DNA of 64,000 nucleotides, from the IMG/VR virus record IMGVR_UViG_3300042885_001472; one strand, written 5' to 3'. How positions within the stretch are numbered: position 1 is the stretch's first letter; each line of letters begins with the position of its first letter. Source of the stretch: a virus. Lineage: Duplodnaviria > Caudoviricetes. Of the stretch, positions 58,797 through 64,000 are shown one piece after another. Made by a program: the position numbers and the translations under genes. The notes beneath the pieces were generated by a model. That model was not told the DNA's origin. It made no database searches and saw nothing but the letters and a program-made list of their open reading frames with translations.

Positions 58797-59924
58797 ATGA
58801 AACGTCCAGTTAAAGAAAGTATTAACCTTGGTAATAATGTAACAAAAGAATTTAAAAAAGCTTTCGTTGGTGTTAATCAAGCTATTAGTGGTAGTGGTTC
58901 TAAAACACCTAAATTAAAGGCTGAAACTATCTCACCAGAAGAAATGTTTGATGTTAACGCTTTTACCAATGATGAGATTGAAGAACAAACAACTACCGGT
59001 AGTGTTGGTGGTAGTTTTGTTGGTCCAGTAGGATTTACCCCTAAAAGAATGAGTTTATTCGCACCAAAAGGTTCTAAGGAACATGAGGAAGGTCGTAAAA
59101 TACTTAAACAATTAGAAAAACCGATTGGTGGTGTTTACACTAAAAAAAGTTTAAAAGAAATGTTTTCAAGTGTAGATGATATTGAAGAACAAACTACAGC
59201 TGGTTCTGTTGGTGGTTCTTATGTTGGTCCTAGTATGTGGGCTAAAGATCGTAAAAACTGGAGAGGTAACAAAAAACAATACCCTGGTGGTAAATTTGTT
59301 AAACCTAAAGAAAAATGTAAAAATTTCCCTTATTGTGATGAAGGTCCTGGAGCTATTGAATTAAGTGATACTCCACATAATAAGTTAGATAATTTATTCG
59401 GTGAAAGTAAAAGTTTTTATGAAATGGATTACGATGATGAAATTTATGAAAAAAGAGACAGTGACTATTCTAAATTAGAACAAATTATTTCAAGTGTTAA
59501 TAACTTAGTTCAATTACCAGCAATTAATAAGTTATGGGAATTATTCCAGAAAAAGTTTGAAGGTTATATGAGTGAAAACTTAATAAATCATATTGAAGAA
59601 TTATTGAGTTCAAAATATGATGAATTAACTAATAAAACTAAAATGGATGAAAGTGATGAATCTATTGAAACTATTAAAAAAAGTGGTCAAAAAATGAATG
59701 ATTTTGAAAAAACTCTAAAGGTGTTGAAAAGTGTTACAAATCAAAAACAATTTAATTCAGCTTTAAAAATGTGGATGAATTTATTAATTAAATATAAAGA
59801 TACTTTAACTAAAAAACAAGTGGAAGATGTTAAGGAACTAATCCATAAAAAAATTGAAGAGATAAAGGATGTGAAAGAAGAGATAAGTGAAAATAAAAGT
59901 GTACATCGTAAAATAACTACCTAA
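58797..59924 (+). CDS. Hypothetical protein with a duplicated EEQTT.GSVGGS.VGP motif
   Basis: 375 aa; two repeats; ATATTTAT motif upstream. Confidence 0.65.
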   Translation: MKRPVKESINLGNNVTKEFKKAFVGVNQAISGSGSKTPKLKAETISPEEMFDVNAFTNDEIEEQTTTGSVGGSFVGPVGFTPKRMSLFAPKGSKEHEEGRKILKQLEKPIGGVYTKKSLKEMFSSVDDIEEQTTAGSVGGSYVGPSMWAKDRKNWRGNKKQYPGGKFVKPKEKCKNFPYCDEGPGAIELSDTPHNKLDNLFGESKSFYEMDYDDEIYEKRDSDYSKLEQIISSVNNLVQLPAINKLWELFQKKFEGYMSENLINHIEELLSSKYDELTNKTKMDESDESIETIKKSGQKMNDFEKTLKVLKSVTNQKQFNSALKMWMNLLIKYKDTLTKKQVEDVKELIHKKIEEIKDVKEEISENKSVHRKITT

Positions 59925-59963
59925 TTTTTTACTTTAGGGTAATATTTATTATATAAACAATAA

Positions 59964-61286
59964 ATGATGAAAAAAAGAGATATATTAAAAAAAATAAGTG
60001 AACAAGTGGCTAGAGGTATTTTAAATCCTGACGCTGGTGAACCGGTGGGTTTAAAAATAACTAAACAAGCTTTAGTTAAATCTAAAAAAGAAAATGACGA
60101 TTACTATAAGAGTTTAGATAAAAAATTCACTGACTACCTTAAAATGGGTGGTAAAGATGAACCTTCTCCAAAAGTAAATATGACTGATGAGGAACGTAAG
60201 ATGTATTATGGTACTGGTATGGAAGGATTGAAATATGATGATGAAGGTACACCTAAATACGAGAAATTCGTTAAAAGAAATGAAGAGTTGAATAAACCCA
60301 GTAAAGATTATTATTTAGATAAAGATGAGGTTGATGATTCTTATGATAGAATTATGAAAGATGGTAAGACTTATAAGAAACATAAGTATGAAAAACCTGA
60401 TGAATATCAAAAAACACCTAAAGTAAGAGTAACTAATGAATCTACAAATAAAAAAACAATGAAACAATTAAATTTTAAAAAACCATTCATTACTCAAGAA
60501 AGAGTTATGAAATTAATACCAGAATCTTTTAAAGTTAATGGTAATAAATTTAAAATGACTGATGGTGTGGAAACTTACACTATTAAATGGGAAGGTGACA
60601 CCAAAACTGGTACACCAACACCATTACAATATAAAAATGGTACATTAATTAAAGAAGATGTTAGTAAAATGAAACATCTTTATGATTATAACTCTCAAGA
60701 TACTTTAATGAAAACCAATGATGCCTTAACGGAAAATCAAATTTTCTCTGAATTATTAGGTAAAAGTCGTTCTATTTTAAAAGAACAAGACGCTCAAGTA
60801 AGTACAGATCAAACTAAAACAGTTACACCTACGGATGGTGAAAAGAAAAAAGAGACGTTAACAATCGCATCAACAATTAATGGGGTAAAATATAAGTTAC
60901 CTAAAATTAAAACTGAAGAAGATATTAGTAAATTTATTAATTGGTCTCCAGATGTATTAGCGGGCGTTAAAAAATTAGTTGGTGAAGGTAGAGCTTTTCA
61001 ATATCCAATTAAGGAAGATGGTACTGGTGTTGGTAATAAACTTGTGTCATCATTAACGAATTTATTAAAGTTACACGCACTTCTTGGTGTGGTAAAACCA
61101 TATAATAATTTAGATAGTTTATTATCATGGACACCACCAACGGCTAGTTATGATAAAGATACGTTAGATAGTATAAAAAGTACACAAGCTAGTGTAAAAA
61201 ATGGTTTTGAATTTGTTAAAAAATACCCAGGGGATCTTAAATCATACTTGAAAGTTTATGCTGATGAGTTAAAGGCTAGAGTTTAA
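59964..61286 (+). CDS. Hypothetical protein, possible head-internal protein
   Basis: 440 aa, highly charged; ISE, TNE, IKE, LTE, LKE motifs; ATATTTAT upstream. Confidence 0.6.
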   Translation: MMKKRDILKKISEQVARGILNPDAGEPVGLKITKQALVKSKKENDDYYKSLDKKFTDYLKMGGKDEPSPKVNMTDEERKMYYGTGMEGLKYDDEGTPKYEKFVKRNEELNKPSKDYYLDKDEVDDSYDRIMKDGKTYKKHKYEKPDEYQKTPKVRVTNESTNKKTMKQLNFKKPFITQERVMKLIPESFKVNGNKFKMTDGVETYTIKWEGDTKTGTPTPLQYKNGTLIKEDVSKMKHLYDYNSQDTLMKTNDALTENQIFSELLGKSRSILKEQDAQVSTDQTKTVTPTDGEKKKETLTIASTINGVKYKLPKIKTEEDISKFINWSPDVLAGVKKLVGEGRAFQYPIKEDGTGVGNKLVSSLTNLLKLHALLGVVKPYNNLDSLLSWTPPTASYDKDTLDSIKSTQASVKNGFEFVKKYPGDLKSYLKVYADELKARV

Positions 61287-61309
61287 TATTACTAATCTGA
61301 TTAAAATAT

Positions 61310-61342
61310 AAATGTGAGTAGTTATCTACTCACATTTTTTTA
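61310..61342. terminator. Bidirectional intrinsic terminator between convergent genes
   Basis: AAATGTGAGTA-GTTATC-TACTCACATTT plus T run. Confidence 0.75.
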
Positions 61343-61777
61343 TTTAGAACAAACCACTTTTACATTACGTGAAAAGTAGCCTTCAGATTTAGTATCCCCC
61401 TTTTCGTAGTCAAACATTACAACTAATACGTAACCACCAGAAACTTGTTCTGTAACAGTAAATTTAGTTGTATATTTTCCATGAGTAAGTTCAAAATTAT
61501 ACCCAGTTTTAGATTTAGTGTAATTAACAAGATTAAATTGTTTTACAACTCCATTATGACATAAAAGATTAGCTTTCTTTTTATTTAGGTCAAATGTATA
61601 AGTAGAGTTACTAAGACTTAAATTAGTATATTCAACTAAATCATATTTCTCAGCTTCAGATAAAGTTACATTTAATGGCCAGCTCATTTCTTGTATAGTA
61701 TCTAAACTAACTTTTAATACTTGAGAGTGTGTTGTTAAACTTAAAACTAATACACTAAATAAAACTAATTTTTTCAT
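61340..61777 (-). CDS. Secreted/periplasmic hypothetical protein (the only credible minus-strand gene)
   Basis: Signal peptide MKKLVLFSVLVLSLTTHS-Q; occupies an otherwise empty gap. Confidence 0.75.
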   Translation of the reverse strand: MKKLVLFSVLVLSLTTHSQVLKVSLDTIQEMSWPLNVTLSEAEKYDLVEYTNLSLSNSTYTFDLNKKKANLLCHNGVVKQFNLVNYTKSKTGYNFELTHGKYTTKFTVTEQVSGGYVLVVMFDYEKGDTKSEGYFSRNVKVVCSK

Positions 61778-61910
61778 AACTTTAAAATTTAAATTGTTAA
61801 ACTATTTATTTTTATCTATAACAAAGGTATATTTAATAATTGGATTATACAAGTGAAATTTCATTTTTTATTGTAATTAACTGATAATCAATGTAATTAA
61901 TTTTTAATAT

Positions 61911-62384
61911 ATGAATGAATCTGAATTTTTAAGATATGTGTTAAGACCATTAACGGAGGAAGAACTAACCTTATTGTATAAGGCCAATAATATATGTTAT
62001 GAGAGGTGTTTATTATACTCAGACTTTATACAAACATTAATGGATCTAATCAAACACACCTATTTAGGTGATGATGTTATAACTAATAATAAAGAGAAAG
62101 AATCACATTTTAACTGGTGTTTCAATAAGGTGGTGTCTAATTTTAAAACTGAATTGATAAGTTTTAGTAAAACTAGTGATGTTTATGAGTTATTATACTC
62201 ATATTCTTTCGATTTTTTCTATAATGAAAAGGAAAAAGATAATATGGATGATAAAATCGTTAAATATTGGGCTCATATATTTAAATACTCAGCGATCAAA
62301 ACTAAATCAGAACTTGATACAATGGTAGATGTTTATAAGATATTAGAAAAAAGTTTGTTTAGTTTAGAAAAAATAGTTGATTAA
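61911..62384 (+). CDS. Hypothetical protein
   Basis: 157-aa helical ORF. Confidence 0.7.
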   Translation: MNESEFLRYVLRPLTEEELTLLYKANNICYERCLLYSDFIQTLMDLIKHTYLGDDVITNNKEKESHFNWCFNKVVSNFKTELISFSKTSDVYELLYSYSFDFFYNEKEKDNMDDKIVKYWAHIFKYSAIKTKSELDTMVDVYKILEKSLFSLEKIVD

Positions 62385-62422
62385 AACTTTATTTATTCAA
62401 TTTTAATGTATATAATTATGTT

Positions 62423-62653
62423 ATGAATATATTAGAATTAGTTTTAGGTGGTTTAGTACAAGAAAAAAATATCTTAGAAGCTGAATTAGAAAGAGTTATT
62501 AATGATAATAACTTAACTACATTAGAAAGGGTAGATAGATCAAAAAAATTATTGGTTACTATCACGGAAACATTTAATAATATTAATACAGTAACTGGAT
62601 ACCTCCCAGTTAAAAAACATAATGATGAGGTGATAACAAATAACGATAAATAA
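62423..62653 (+). CDS. Hypothetical coiled-coil protein
   Basis: 76 aa. Confidence 0.6.
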   Translation: MNILELVLGGLVQEKNILEAELERVINDNNLTTLERVDRSKKLLVTITETFNNINTVTGYLPVKKHNDEVITNNDK

Positions 62654-62663
62654 ATTAATTAAA

Positions 62664-62849
62664 ATGAGTACAACTAAATTTAATGAATTAAAAAATCTTT
62701 TGGAAGAAGTGGAATCTGATTACACTAAATTTAATGAAAAAGGTGTTAAAGCCGCTGGAGTTAGAATTAGAAAGTCGATGCAAGAAATTAAAAAAATAGC
62801 TCAAGAAATTAGAGTTGAGGTTTCACAAAAGAAAAGTAAAGAAGTGTAA
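62664..62849 (+). CDS. Histone H1-like Hc1-family nucleoid protein
   Basis: FNELKNLLEEVESDYTKFNEKGVKAAGVRIRKSMQEIKKIAQEIR matches the KF..KG.KAAG.R.RK..QE.K..AQ.IR pattern. Confidence 0.8.
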   Translation: MSTTKFNELKNLLEEVESDYTKFNEKGVKAAGVRIRKSMQEIKKIAQEIRVEVSQKKSKEV

Positions 62850-62860
62850 AAATAAAATAT

Positions 62861-63058
62861 ATGGTAATTGAAATAATCAACAAAGTATTAATTTTCCTAT
62901 TCTTCCTTTCAGGGTTGAATGTAATAAGAGCTTCATATTTTTTTGTCCAACACTGGATAGATAAAGAAAAGTTTAAATTAAATGAAAAATCTTTATTATT
63001 TTTAGGTATTTCAATTGCCTATATATTATTATGTATTATTAACGGTATAAAATTATAA
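62861..63058 (+). CDS. Small membrane protein with two TM helices
   Basis: 65 aa, two hydrophobic segments. Confidence 0.6.
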   Translation: MVIEIINKVLIFLFFLSGLNVIRASYFFVQHWIDKEKFKLNEKSLLFLGISIAYILLCIINGIKL

Positions 63059-63059
63059 G

Positions 63060-63506
63060 ATGAGTAGTATACAAGAAAGACTTGATAAGTTAAAACCATA
63101 TATTAAAGGTATGAGGTTTGTTAATAACTCAACAGTTGTTGACGCGTTATTAAAAGAAAATTGGAGTATACCCTCTTCAGAAACCATAATGGTTAAAAAG
63201 GGTAAAAGTGAAGAAAACTATTATATGTTTTATTCGGAAGAAAGTGGTAGTACCTTTGACTATATATTAGATTATGTTGAACAGGTAATTAATTTTAATA
63301 TTGAAAATGAAAAAAAATTAGAATTAATTAAGGTCAACATTGAGGAACTAAAAAAACATTTTGAAACTAAATCATTAGATGTTTTAAAAACATTAAAATT
63401 TCAATTTGATGAATTAACACCAGAGCGTGATAAAACTGTTTATTATGAAAATAGTAGTTTAAATCAAGAGAAATTAGAATTAGAACCTACTGAAGATACC
63501 CACTAA
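63060..63506 (+). CDS. Hypothetical protein
   Basis: 148 aa. Confidence 0.65.
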   Translation: MSSIQERLDKLKPYIKGMRFVNNSTVVDALLKENWSIPSSETIMVKKGKSEENYYMFYSEESGSTFDYILDYVEQVINFNIENEKKLELIKVNIEELKKHFETKSLDVLKTLKFQFDELTPERDKTVYYENSSLNQEKLELEPTEDTH

Positions 63507-63521
63507 TAAGTGGGTTTTTTT
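63498..63521 (+). terminator. Intrinsic terminator
   Basis: ACCCACT-AATA-AGTGGGT plus T run, overlapping the stop. Confidence 0.7.
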
Positions 63522-63553
63522 ATCTATAACATATTTACTAAAAATCAAAAATT

Positions 63554-63913
63554 ATGAATTTATTATTATTTATTTTAATCGCTTATGGGATATCTAACAT
63601 CCTTATCTTTGGATCTATTTTTAATGGATGGAGAACATTCTGGGAAAAACATAACCCAAGTTTTTTTGGGGCTTTATTTACTTGTATGATTTGTTTACCA
63701 ACTTACATTGGATTCATTGGTTCTTGGTTAATTTGGTCACCAACTGAGTATTATGGTATTGTGACAGATAGTTTAGATGTTTTTAATATCATAACCATAC
63801 CAAAAGGACTTATAAGTACATTTTTAGATGGATGTTTAACTTCTGGTTCTGTATGGTTAATACATACTTTCCAGGAAACTATGGAAAAAAGTCAAACTTC
63901 AAGTGAAAAATAA
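63554..63913 (+). CDS. Membrane protein, DUF1360-like
   Basis: LIAYGISNILIFGSIF, LFTCMICLPTYIG. Confidence 0.55.
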   Translation: MNLLLFILIAYGISNILIFGSIFNGWRTFWEKHNPSFFGALFTCMICLPTYIGFIGSWLIWSPTEYYGIVTDSLDVFNIITIPKGLISTFLDGCLTSGSVWLIHTFQETMEKSQTSSEK

Positions 63914-63941
63914 ATTTACAAAGTATTTATAATGAAACGAT

Positions 63942-64000
63942 ATGTCAGACATTGTAGGTTGTATTTTTATAAGTAATGATAGTGGTAAAGTTCTACTATT
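63942..64000 (+). CDS. 5' end of a CDS cut by the window edge, possibly a NUDIX hydrolase
   Basis: MSDIVGCIFISNDSGKVLL resembles NUDIX N-termini; the Nudix box is not visible. Confidence 0.35.
   Translation, partial: MSDIVGCIFISNDSGKVLL

Noticed and set aside
1-64000. tRNA, rRNA or other structured RNA genes
   Set aside because: No cloverleaf or recognisable ncRNA was seen in the intergenic gaps by eye. tRNAscan-SE and Infernal were not run.

Overview
A 64-kb stretch of a strongly AT-rich, large T4-superfamily-like (probably jumbo) tailed phage genome; almost all genes are on the + strand. A Bacteroidota host is inferred from TAnnTTTG promoters, a Bacteroidota-type sigma70, SprB-like adhesin repeats and an Hc1-like protein. 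Layout: replication/nucleotide block (gp32-like SSB, RecA/UvsX, 5'-3' exonuclease, DnaB, NrdB, NrdA; 0.9-10.1 kb), baseplate/tail block (10.2-32.5 kb), RuvC-primase-nuclease-SbcD/SbcC block (32.5-40.4 kb), accessory region (40.8-54.9 kb), then lysis, putative head-internal and small genes (55-64 kb). Main finding: the accessory region holds two integron-like cassette arrays. About 24 intact or partial attC-like hairpins (AAC...GTT cores) alternate with small genes, and in 21 units the two flanks of the gene are complementary to each other. Both arrays end downstream in the same 89-bp non-hairpin attI-like site, which implies reversed polarity. Some hairpins supply start codons and signal peptides, two cassettes look like genes captured at a duplicated GGTGG, and no integrase lies in the window. 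Second finding: three naturally split inteins. NrdA is encoded in three pieces joined by two different split inteins, and SbcC/gp46 is fractured in its Walker A motif by an atypically split intein (29-aa IntN) with a Vsr-like homing endonuclease between the halves. All calls come from reading motifs by eye; no database search or folding program was run.
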